Below the pieces are notes generated by a model. It ran no database searches. It saw only the letters and a list, made by a program, of their open reading frames with translations, and was not told the DNA's origin. Of a stretch of DNA of 46,351 nucleotides, positions 26,983 to 36,711 are shown in pieces. A program made the position numbers and the translations under genes. The stretch's first letter is position 1; each line of letters opens with the position of its first letter. Location of the stretch: positions 62,001 through 108,351 of the forward strand of contig DASRGZ010000224.1 of assembly GCA_035650735.1 (NCBI GenBank). Direction: 5' to 3'. The DNA comes from Chthonomonadaceae bacterium. GTDB lineage: Bacteria > Armatimonadota > Chthonomonadetes > Chthonomonadales > Chthonomonadaceae.

Positions 26983-27203
26983 ACACTTCTCCTTCCTGTC
27001 TCTCTACCGCCCCTGCCCTTCCGGCGGGGGATCCATCAAAACCCGCCTCAGGCACGCCAGAGTTGGCTCTGTGTGCCGTAGAAAAGGTGCGCTCTATCCA
27101 GGGCGGACTTAGTGGGAGTGTTGGATTTACTCCACACTGTCGTTACTCCCGGAGACAACGGAGAAGCGGAAACCGGTATGCCGATGAGGTCGGCCTTTAC
27201 AGC

Positions 27204-27249
27204 AAAATGAGGAGAGGAAGCGGGATTGCCCGTCGCCTCCTCTCCTCAT
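27204..27249 (-). terminator. Hairpin/terminator downstream of the TROVE-vWA gene
   Basis: ATGAGGAGAGGA...TCCTCTCCTCAT stem followed by a short T run on the minus strand. Confidence 0.55.
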
Positions 27250-27274
27250 CGCCATGCGACATGGCGCGCCGCCG

Positions 27275-28735
<1,461 letters not shown>

Positions 28736-28741
28736 CTATCA

Positions 28742-28880
28742 CGTATTCCGCCTCGCGCAAGTCTGGAAAGCGTTAGGAGCATACGCGGTTTTCGAAGCCG
28801 CAGCCTCTTGGGTGTCAACCAAGTGTCCTACCATTGGACGAGTATGTAAGCTTCCCTGTTAGGGCGCGAGGCGGAACACG
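28742..28880 (-). ncRNA. Y-RNA-like unit 1 (non-permuted tRNA-like insert, anticodon-like GAC)
   Basis: 17-bp terminal stem with a G-U pair on the minus strand; shared scaffold; internal D, anticodon and T arms at 28780-28846. Confidence 0.75.
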
Positions 28881-28911
28881 AGAGCCGAAGTTTCTCTTCG
28901 TGCGGGCGGCA

Positions 28912-29045
28912 GCGCGCAAGTTCGAGAAGCGTTTTTTGCCCGTGCCGACGGGCCTCTCCCCCAGGACGACGGGGGAGACAGGAGTCGAACCTGCTGAACC
29001 ATGTGCCAGATGGTTAGTGTGTAGGCTTCTCCTCCCAGGGCGCGC
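28912..29045 (-). ncRNA. Y-RNA-like unit 2 (permuted tRNA-like insert, anticodon-like GGC)
   Basis: Scaffold plus AACCAU-CUGGCAC-AUGGUU, T arm GCAGG-UUCGACU-CCUGU, closed acceptor CUCCCCC/GGGGGAG, D-like arm. Confidence 0.78.
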
Positions 29046-29089
29046 GCCAGGCGCACGGAGGCGGAACCAGGACAGCAGAGATATAGATC

Positions 29090-29218
29090 TTTCCCGCGCA
29101 AGTTCGAAAAGCCGTTGCACATATCTGACGCTCTGCCGATGAGCTACTATGGTGGGAGTCGAACCCACTACGTTCAGATTACCGAGTGTGTATACTTTCC
29201 GCGTCGGGGCGCGGGAAA
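29090..29218 (-). ncRNA. Y-RNA-like unit 3 (YrlA topology, acceptor stem missing)
   Basis: Scaffold plus an AUCUGA/UCAGAU stem enclosing T arm GUGGG-UUCGACU-CCCAC, then UA-GCUC-AUCGGCA-GAGC D arm. Confidence 0.8.
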
Positions 29219-29245
29219 ACAGACGATAACGCACCAGATAAGAGA

Positions 29246-29399
29246 GCTATTTCGCGCAAGTCCCAAAAGCGGTTCTCACTAAGCGCTCTGCCTCTGAGCT
29301 ACAGGTCCATAGCCAACGGACCTGGCGGGACTCGAACCCGCGACCTCTCCGTTAGCAGCGGAGTGTGTGTACGCTTCTCGCGTCAGGGCGCGAAATAGC
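29246..29399 (-). ncRNA. Y-RNA-like unit 4 (complete circularly permuted cloverleaf, anticodon-like GCU)
   Basis: 12-bp terminal stem; insert CUCCG-CUGCUAA-CGGAG AGGUC GCGGG-UUCGAGU-CCCGC CAGGUCC-loop-GGACCUG UA GCUC-AGAGGCA-GAGC. Confidence 0.83.
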
Positions 29400-29421
29400 C
29401 CCAATCGCAATGCAGGCCAGG

Positions 29422-29585
29422 CCGGTTCCCGCGCAAGTTCGCAAAGCATTGGCACTTTTCCTGGCGTGTCTGCTCTTCCACCACAGAGATAGCACGCTAT
29501 CTCCGGCGGGGCTCGCACCCGCACTCATTGCTGAACCAGGCTGCATTAGGTGTGTAGGCTTTGCCCATCGGGGCGCGGGAAACGG
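29422..29585 (-). ncRNA. Y-RNA-like unit 5 (YrlA topology with a long variable-arm hairpin)
   Basis: Scaffold plus CCUGG/CCAGG stem, UCA-GCAA-UGA arm, T arm GCGGG-UGCGAGC-CCCGC, long closed acceptor stem, GUG..CAC D arm. Confidence 0.75.
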
Positions 29586-29591
29586 GAACCC

Positions 29592-29948
<357 letters not shown>

Positions 29949-29988
29949 CTACCGACGCGGGCATCGCGCCGCGATAAGGAGAGCAAGG

Positions 29989-31926
29989 ATGAGGATCTTC
30001 GTTTGGCTCACAGTGGCAGCTTTGTGGACGACAGCATGTGTATCCACCGCCCGCGCGAGCACCTACTACGTCGCCCCTTCGGGCAAGGACGGCGCTCCGG
30101 GAACGCAGGCCGCGCCCTGGCGCACGTTGCAGCGTGCCGTGGATGCGCTCAGGCCGGGCGATACCCTTTTCCTTAAGGCAGGAACGTATCGGACAAGCGT
30201 CGAGATAAAACATGGCGGTACGGCGCAGGCGCCCATCACGCTCTCAGCGCTGCCGGGGGCGCAGGTTATCGTCACGGGCGCGGACCGCCTCCAGGAGGGA
30301 TGGAGCCGGCCGGAGGGAACGCAGGAGGCCATCTACGTTCACGATTGGCCTTACGTCTTTCCCATTGATCGCCGCCCGGACGGCACGCTCGTTCTGACCC
30401 ACCCCGACGATAAGGAGCATGAACTGACCGGACGGGCAGAGCAGGTGATCCACCGGGGACGGTTGCTGCGCCAGGTTCTCCGCCGCGAGCAACTGGCGCC
30501 CGGAACGTTCTATGCGGACCTGGCTGCCAAAAAGCTCTACGTCTGGCTGCGGGATAGCGGCGACCCCGGCCAGACGGAGCTAGAGGCGAGCACGCGAAAC
30601 ACCTGGCTGACATCCGCCGCCGGCGTCTCTTACGTGCATGTGCGCGGCATCACCTTCCGCTATGCCGCCAACCACGCCCAGCGCGGCGCCTTCGCCATCG
30701 GTCCCTCGGATGGGTCGCAGCCTGCCGCCATCTGTAAGGGCTGGGTGGTCGAGGACTGCGTTTTTGAGCGCTCCAATGCCTGCGGCGCGTCTCTCTCCGG
30801 CAGCGGCCATCTCTTTCGCCGCTGTCTCTTCCAGGACAACGGCCAACTGGGCTTCGGCGCTTCCTTCTGCCACGATACGCGCATGGAGGCGTGCGGCATC
30901 TATCGCAACAATACGAAGGGCTATTCGACAGGATGGGAAGCGGGCGGCCTCAAGGTGACGTTATCGCGCGGCTTCGTCTTCGACCGCTGCCGGGTCCTGG
31001 ATAACCGGGGCTGCGGCATCTGGTATGACATCGGCAATGAGCAGGCGGAGGTCAAGAACTGCCTCATCGCCGACAACGACGAAGCGGGCCTCTTCTACGA
31101 AATCTCCTACGGCCTGCACGTCCACGATAACCTCGTCGTCCATAACGCCAACCTGGGCGAGACGCTCGGCGGCGCATGGGGGATGGGCGGCATCACCCTC
31201 TCTTCCTCCGAGGGCTGCGTTATCGAGAACAACACGCTCATCGGCAACCGGGACGGCATCGCCTTTCGGGAGCAGGAGCGGACCACGCCCCGCATCGCCA
31301 ACCCCGAAAAGGAAGTCCGCATTCTGAACAGCAACCACCTCCTCCGCAACAATATCGTGGCCTACTCCCAGGCGTATAATATCGCGCTCTGGATGGATAC
31401 CAACTTCTTCGGGCCGCATCCGAGCGGAGAGGACAGGGACAAGCCCCTGTTTGAAGACCCCAGGACGCTGCATATCCGCTTCGCCAATAATCTGCTCTGG
31501 CCCTTGCCGGGCCGTCCCAACTACCTCTATGGCGTGCCCTGGCGGGCCAGGAGCAGGACCTTCGCTACTCCAGAAGCCTTCTCAGCCGCCTCGGGCATCC
31601 CCGACTCGTCGCGCGTGGCCGATCCGCGCTTTGCCGACGTAATTGCGGGGGATTATCGCCTCCTGCCGGACTCTCCCGCCCTCCGCATGGGCGCAGGAAT
31701 ACGCCTGTTCTCCTTCGGGCGGCTAAAGCCGCAGCAACAAAGGCACCTAACCCCCCGGCCCCCTTCCCTCTTAGGGAAGGGAGGGACCCGACCGGTCTCC
31801 TTCTGGGGAAGAGCAGAAGCTGGGTCCCCCTTCCCTGTGAGCGAAGCGAACGTAGCAGGGAAGGGGGCCGGGGGAGTTAGGTCAAGATCCTCAAATCGCG
31901 CAGGAAACCGGATGTCCCTCCGCTAA
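29989..31926 (+). CDS. Secreted right-handed parallel beta-helix (pectin-lyase-like) protein
   Basis: Signal peptide, YYVAPSGKD..PGT..APWRTLQRA, Asn ladders, GIWYD, DPRFAD...DYRL..DSPA. The last ~60 codons run through a repeat. Confidence 0.85.
   Translation: MRIFVWLTVAALWTTACVSTARASTYYVAPSGKDGAPGTQAAPWRTLQRAVDALRPGDTLFLKAGTYRTSVEIKHGGTAQAPITLSALPGAQVIVTGADRLQEGWSRPEGTQEAIYVHDWPYVFPIDRRPDGTLVLTHPDDKEHELTGRAEQVIHRGRLLRQVLRREQLAPGTFYADLAAKKLYVWLRDSGDPGQTELEASTRNTWLTSAAGVSYVHVRGITFRYAANHAQRGAFAIGPSDGSQPAAICKGWVVEDCVFERSNACGASLSGSGHLFRRCLFQDNGQLGFGASFCHDTRMEACGIYRNNTKGYSTGWEAGGLKVTLSRGFVFDRCRVLDNRGCGIWYDIGNEQAEVKNCLIADNDEAGLFYEISYGLHVHDNLVVHNANLGETLGGAWGMGGITLSSSEGCVIENNTLIGNRDGIAFREQERTTPRIANPEKEVRILNSNHLLRNNIVAYSQAYNIALWMDTNFFGPHPSGEDRDKPLFEDPRTLHIRFANNLLWPLPGRPNYLYGVPWRARSRTFATPEAFSAASGIPDSSRVADPRFADVIAGDYRLLPDSPALRMGAGIRLFSFGRLKPQQQRHLTPRPPSLLGKGGTRPVSFWGRAEAGSPFPVSEANVAGKGAGGVRSRSSNRAGNRMSLR
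31746..31881. repeat. REP-like palindromic repeat inside the 3' end of the beta-helix ORF
   Basis: CCTAACCCCCCGGCCCCCTTCCCT ... AGGGAAGGGGGCCGGGGGAGTTAGG inverted ends; similar to 3300-3372. Confidence 0.75.
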
Positions 31927-31969
31927 ATTTAGGGACATCAAAAGCAATTCCGGGCAGGGAGGGAAGAAA

Positions 31970-34783
31970 ATGGCGCCACTGGTTATCAGCGACGACGAAG
32001 CGCGATTTTTTGAGGAGAACGGCTACCTGATCGTGCGCGGCGTGCTTCAGGGCGAGGAGTTGCGCCGCCTGCGCGCCGCCATGGACGAACTGACCGAGTA
32101 CGGCAGGTCGGCGGTGCGCAGCGATCCCGACTACGCCTACGGCACCGGCCATCAGTCCGGCGAGAAGGTGCTGCGGCGCATCGAATACGTCATCAATAAA
32201 CGGGATGAGTGCAAGACGCTGCTCGCCCACCCCTTCATTTTGCGCTCCGTCGAGAAGCTGATCGGCCCAGATTTCATTCCTACCTGGGACTCGATGGTGC
32301 TCAAGCTGCCCGGCGAGGGCATTATCGTGCCCTGGCACCGGGACGCCGGAACCGACTGCGTCGGCGATAAGCCCATTTTCAACGTGGATTTCTACCTGGA
32401 TGAGGCGGACAAAGAGACCTGCGTGTGGGTGATGCCCGGCAGCCATAAGTGGAGCAAGGAGCAGATTGAGGCGTGGCTGACCGAGCATCGGGACCGGGAT
32501 ACGACGGTGGAGGCGTTTGAGGCTTCCGGGGCCGTTCCGGCGCTGATGCAGCCCGGCGACGTGCTGTTCCATAACATCCTGGTTCTGCACGGCTCACCGC
32601 CGAACACCTCGCAAAAGCTGCGGCGCGTGGTCTACTACGAGTTCCGCGCGGCCCACGTGGAGGCCGAGAAGGGGCCGCACGTCCCCGCGTATATCCCGCT
32701 CAAGCAGAAGGTGCTGCTGGCTTGCCTGGAGCGGCGCAAGAAAGCGGACTACATTCCCCAGGACGAAGCGCCCTTCGTCTACAACCCGCCCGCGCCCTAC
32801 AACACCGTCTCTCTGGCGCCCGGCGAAGAGCCGCCGACCTACCGCTACCCGCATAACGAATACTGGCGGCCTACCGCCTGGACGCCCGAAGTCTCTATGC
32901 AGGTCAAGGGCGTCGGTCAGGTGCGCGTCTCTCCCGATGGCAAGCGCGTCGCCTACGTGGTCACCGCGCCCGTAATGGAGGACGACAAGAGCGAGTACGT
33001 CTCGCAGATCTACCTGGCCAACGCCGACGGCAGCGAGTCGTTCCAGGCGACCTTCGGAGAGAAATCCTCCCGTGACCCGCAGTGGTCGCCGGACGGCAAA
33101 TGGCTTGCCTTCCTCTCCAACCGCGACGACAAAAACAACCTCTACCTGCTGCGGATCGGCGGCGGCGAGGCGGAGCAGCTGACGGAGGCCAAGAGCGACA
33201 TCGGCGGCTTTGTCTGGTCGCCGGACGGCCAGTGGCTCGCCTACGTGATGCCCGATCCGACGGACGAAGCCGAGGAGAAGCGCAACAAGGCCAAAGACGA
33301 TGCCCGCTGGGTGGACGAAGACCTTAAGTTAAACCGGCTCTACCTCCTGCCCCTGCGCAAAGACCCTGCCGGGAAGCGTGAGCCGCGCAAGCTGACGCCG
33401 GGCGATCTCAACGTCAGCGGCAACTTTGACTGGTCGCCCGACGGCAAGCGCATCGTCTTCTCGCACACCAGAACGCCCAAAGCCGACGACTGGCTGACCG
33501 CCGACCTCTCTATCGTGGATGTGGCGAGCGGCGAGGTCAGGCCATTGGCGGCGACACCGGCAGCCGAAACGCAGCCGCTCTATTCGCCCGACGGAAAGTG
33601 GATCGCCGCCGTCGTCAGCGATGATCCGCCGCGCTGGGCGTTCAACGCCACCATCCATCTGTTCCCGGCAGAGGGCGGAGCGCCGAAGGAGCTTCCGGCT
33701 ACCTTCGATCATGGGCCGAATCTGGTCGGCTGGTCCGGCGATAGCCGGCAAATCTATTTCGCGGAGGCACGCGGCACGAGCACCCGCCTCTGCGCCCTGG
33801 ACATCGAAACCGGCGAAATCACCGAACTCAACAAAGGCGGCGGCCTGCTCACCGAGTTTCACCTAAATGGCGGGCGTACGGCCTTCGGCTTTGCCATGCA
33901 GGCCAGCGACCGGCCCGTGGAAGCCTATGTTACCGGCGCGCAGGAGTTCGCGCCCGTCCAGGTCAGCCAGGCGAACGCGGAGATACCGCAACTGCCGCTG
34001 GGGAAGACGGAGATCCTCCGCTGGAAGAGCGCGGACGGCCTGGAGATCGAGGGACTGCTGACCTATCCCGTGAACTACGAGCCGGGCCAACGCGTGCCGC
34101 TGCTGCTGGTCATTCACGGCGGGCCGATGGGGGTCTATCAAGAGAACTTCACCGCCGCCGCGCAGGTCTATCCGATTGCGACCTTTGCGGCGAAGGGCTA
34201 TGCCGTGCTGCGCTGCAACCCGCGCGGCTCCTCCGGCTACGGTAAGCCGTTTCGCCTCGCCAACTACAGCGACTGGGGCGGCGGGGATTATCAAGACCTC
34301 ATGGCCGGCGTGGATCACGTCATCGCCCTGGGCGTCGCCGACCCGGACCGCCTGGGGGTGATGGGCTGGAGCTACGGCGGCTTTATGACCTCCTGGGTGA
34401 TCACCCAGACCCGCCGCTTCAAGGCGGCTTCGGTCGGCGCGGGCGTGACGAACCTGATGAGCTTCACGGGCACTTCCGATATTCCCAGTTTCCTGCCCGA
34501 CTACTTCGGCGCTCAGTTCTGGGACAACCTGGAAACCTATCAGGCCCACTCGCCGATGTTCCAGGTCAAGGGCGTGACCACCCCGACGCTGATCCAGCAC
34601 GGCGACCAGGATGTGCGCGTTCCCATCTCCCAGGGCTACGAGCTGTATAACGCGCTCAAGCAGCAGGGCGTAGAGACCCGTATGCTCCTGCTGCCGCGCC
34701 AGCCGCACGGCCCCAGCGAACCCAGGATGCTGCTTAAGACTATGCAGACCAACGTGGAGTGGTTCGATAAGCATCTAAAATAA
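31970..34783 (+). CDS. Fusion of a PhyH-family dioxygenase and an S9 (acylaminoacyl/dipeptidyl) peptidase
   Basis: N-terminus has PWHRD, MPGSH, GDVLFHNILVLHGS; then WSPDG propeller repeats, HGGP, GWSYGG, DVRV, QPHG catalytic motifs in one open frame. Confidence 0.85.
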   Translation: MAPLVISDDEARFFEENGYLIVRGVLQGEELRRLRAAMDELTEYGRSAVRSDPDYAYGTGHQSGEKVLRRIEYVINKRDECKTLLAHPFILRSVEKLIGPDFIPTWDSMVLKLPGEGIIVPWHRDAGTDCVGDKPIFNVDFYLDEADKETCVWVMPGSHKWSKEQIEAWLTEHRDRDTTVEAFEASGAVPALMQPGDVLFHNILVLHGSPPNTSQKLRRVVYYEFRAAHVEAEKGPHVPAYIPLKQKVLLACLERRKKADYIPQDEAPFVYNPPAPYNTVSLAPGEEPPTYRYPHNEYWRPTAWTPEVSMQVKGVGQVRVSPDGKRVAYVVTAPVMEDDKSEYVSQIYLANADGSESFQATFGEKSSRDPQWSPDGKWLAFLSNRDDKNNLYLLRIGGGEAEQLTEAKSDIGGFVWSPDGQWLAYVMPDPTDEAEEKRNKAKDDARWVDEDLKLNRLYLLPLRKDPAGKREPRKLTPGDLNVSGNFDWSPDGKRIVFSHTRTPKADDWLTADLSIVDVASGEVRPLAATPAAETQPLYSPDGKWIAAVVSDDPPRWAFNATIHLFPAEGGAPKELPATFDHGPNLVGWSGDSRQIYFAEARGTSTRLCALDIETGEITELNKGGGLLTEFHLNGGRTAFGFAMQASDRPVEAYVTGAQEFAPVQVSQANAEIPQLPLGKTEILRWKSADGLEIEGLLTYPVNYEPGQRVPLLLVIHGGPMGVYQENFTAAAQVYPIATFAAKGYAVLRCNPRGSSGYGKPFRLANYSDWGGGDYQDLMAGVDHVIALGVADPDRLGVMGWSYGGFMTSWVITQTRRFKAASVGAGVTNLMSFTGTSDIPSFLPDYFGAQFWDNLETYQAHSPMFQVKGVTTPTLIQHGDQDVRVPISQGYELYNALKQQGVETRMLLLPRQPHGPSEPRMLLKTMQTNVEWFDKHLK

Positions 34784-34936
34784 ACCACTCGCTACGGAAA
34801 ACCTCAACAGGATGAACAGGATTTTGCAGGATTTACAGGATTAGGGCTAGAGAGACAGAAGCCTTCCAGCCAACCAAGTTAAGAGGCATAGGTACTCGGC
34901 TGGTTGGTTGGGTTTTAGAAATCCTGTTTAATCCTG

Positions 34937-35018
34937 GGTAGACACTCCCAGCCGTGTGGATCAATCTCAAGCAGCCTGCTGCTGAGGAGATACGTCAACA
35001 CCGTTGGGAGCGATTACC
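34937..35018 (+). mobile_element. 82-bp MITE, copy B
   Basis: Same sequence as copies A and C; 8-bp duplication TAATCCTG (34929-34936 and 35128-35135) once the nested element is removed. Confidence 0.85.
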
Positions 35019-35021
35019 TAA

Positions 35022-35122
35022 CTCAAGTTGCTACCTTGCCTCTTCGAGAAGGCAAACGGTGATGCAAAAGCCGGTTTCCAGAGCGATTCTCTCTCAAACG
35101 TGTTCCTAGGTAGCAACTTGGG
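35022..35122. mobile_element. Second MITE (~101 bp) inserted at the right end of MITE copy B
   Basis: TIRs CTCAAGTTGCTACCT / AGGTAGCAACTTGGG (1 mismatch); direct repeat TTACCTAA at 35014-35021 and 35123-35130. Exact ends are ambiguous by a few nt. Confidence 0.72.
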
Positions 35123-35145
35123 TTACCTAATCCTGTTGGAATGTT

Positions 35146-36711
35146 TTAAAATTGGCCGGTGACGGCGCGCACGAACAGCGCCAGCCCGATGGCGGTCACA
35201 ATCGCCGCGCTCACGACGGGCAGCCGGGAGACGATCTGCCCCTGGAGCGGCAGCTTCTCCAGAAAGCCGCGCGCGTAGACCACCAGCAGGCCAATGCCCG
35301 TCAGGACGGCGGCCAGCCCCAGGCTGAAGGCCGCGATCAGCGCCAGCCCGAAGGCGACCCGGTGCAGGGCGATGGCGCCCAGCATCACGACCAGCGCCGA
35401 GGGACAGGGCAGCGCCCCGCCCGTGATCCCCAGGGCGAGCAGCGTCTTGAAGGAGATGGGCGCGTCCTCCGGGATGGCGTGCGAATGGTAATGCCCGTCA
35501 CCGTGATCATGGTAGAGAACGCCGCCGTGTACGTGGTCATGGTCGTGATGGTGAGGCTCGTGCAGGTGGTCGTGGGTATGCGAAGGGTCGTGTTCGTGGT
35601 GATGATGGTGGGCGTGATCGTGGTCGTGCACGGCCTGGTGCGCCCTTAGCGCGCGAATCCGCTGGCGCAGCAGCGTCAGACCGATGCCCACGATGGCCAG
35701 GCCGGAGAGCGCGCTCAGGATGGGATAGAGGCGTTCCGGCACGACGTACTGCGCGGCGGCCAGCGTCACCAGCCCGAGCGCGAACACGCCGATGGTGTGC
35801 GTGAGCGTGACGACCGCGCCCAGGAACGCCGCGTGCCGGGCCGTGCCGCGCGCTCCGACCAGATAGGCCGCGACCATCGCCTTGCCGTGCCCCGGCGAAA
35901 GCGCATGGAACGACCCAAAGACAAACGCCACGCCCAGCGCCAGGACAATCAAGCCGGGCGTCAGTTGCTTCATCGCAATTGCCTGGGTGAAGGCGTCCTG
36001 CGGCGTGTTGGGAGCCGCCGCCTGCCCGCCGGACGGCACTCCAGAAACCTGCGTCGAAGCGGCGGCTCCGCCGCCCGGCGCGATCCGCACCGTGAACGCG
36101 GCCTCCGTGTTTTGCGGGGGAACGATGCCCGGCGTGGTGGGATAGACCGTCAGCCCCTGGCTGATGTCGGTCGCGGAGACGGACGAGCGCACGATCTGCG
36201 CGCCCGGCTCGGCCTGCGTGACGATCTCTTTCCAGCCGGTGCGCTCCGGAAAGTTGACATCCTGGTAGGCGATCTGGTAGGTCGCGCCGGGATGCGCGCC
36301 GGGCAGCGCCGCCGTCAGCTCCATCGTCAGCAGCATCGTATCCAGGTTGCCCGCGCCGGGCCGGAAGCGCAGCCCCAGCGGCTTGAACTCCAGCGCCGCC
36401 GGCCTGCCGTTGACTGTCACCCTCAGATGGGACGCCTTCTCGCGCAGATAGGCGTCGCGCTCCTTCTCCTCAATGCGCCCGTTCCTGTCGGCATCCACGA
36501 CGCTGCGCTCAGAAACCGTCGGAATCTCGGCCAGGTCGAGAGCATAAAAGAGCCGGAGTCTATCTGCCTGCGCCTCAAACCGGGCATAGTGGCTGATGGA
36601 GAAGTTGCCCATGGGATGCGCCGCCGCCGGATGCCCGTAGGCGATGCCTGCCAGGCAGGCAGCCACAGCCATCCATCGGCCTGATGCCGTGATCCCCCGC
36701 TTCATACGCAC
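35146..36711 (-). CDS. NicO/RcnA-type nickel/cobalt transporter with N-terminal extracytoplasmic domain
   Basis: AHPMGNFSISHY after the signal peptide, HALSPGHGK, His-rich loop, GALPCPSALVV. Confidence 0.9.
   Translation of the reverse strand: MRMKRGITASGRWMAVAACLAGIAYGHPAAAHPMGNFSISHYARFEAQADRLRLFYALDLAEIPTVSERSVVDADRNGRIEEKERDAYLREKASHLRVTVNGRPAALEFKPLGLRFRPGAGNLDTMLLTMELTAALPGAHPGATYQIAYQDVNFPERTGWKEIVTQAEPGAQIVRSSVSATDISQGLTVYPTTPGIVPPQNTEAAFTVRIAPGGGAAASTQVSGVPSGGQAAAPNTPQDAFTQAIAMKQLTPGLIVLALGVAFVFGSFHALSPGHGKAMVAAYLVGARGTARHAAFLGAVVTLTHTIGVFALGLVTLAAAQYVVPERLYPILSALSGLAIVGIGLTLLRQRIRALRAHQAVHDHDHAHHHHHEHDPSHTHDHLHEPHHHDHDHVHGGVLYHDHGDGHYHSHAIPEDAPISFKTLLALGITGGALPCPSALVVMLGAIALHRVAFGLALIAAFSLGLAAVLTGIGLLVVYARGFLEKLPLQGQIVSRLPVVSAAIVTAIGLALFVRAVTGQF

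Larger units (their letters stand above)
34806..35137. repeat. Inverted CAGGAT/ATCCTG short-repeat element hosting two MITEs
   Basis: Four CAGGAT copies at 34806-34841 and complementary ATCCTG copies at 34921, 34931 and 35130. Confidence 0.6.

Noticed and set aside
28780..29520. Ordinary tRNA gene cluster
   Set aside because: T loops are present, but four units are permuted with closed or missing acceptor stems. The fifth has only a 5-bp acceptor, a defective T stem and no CCA.
28742..29585. CRISPR array
   Set aside because: The repeats are degenerate, split into paired 5' and 3' halves, and enclose structured tRNA-like inserts. No cas genes are in the window.
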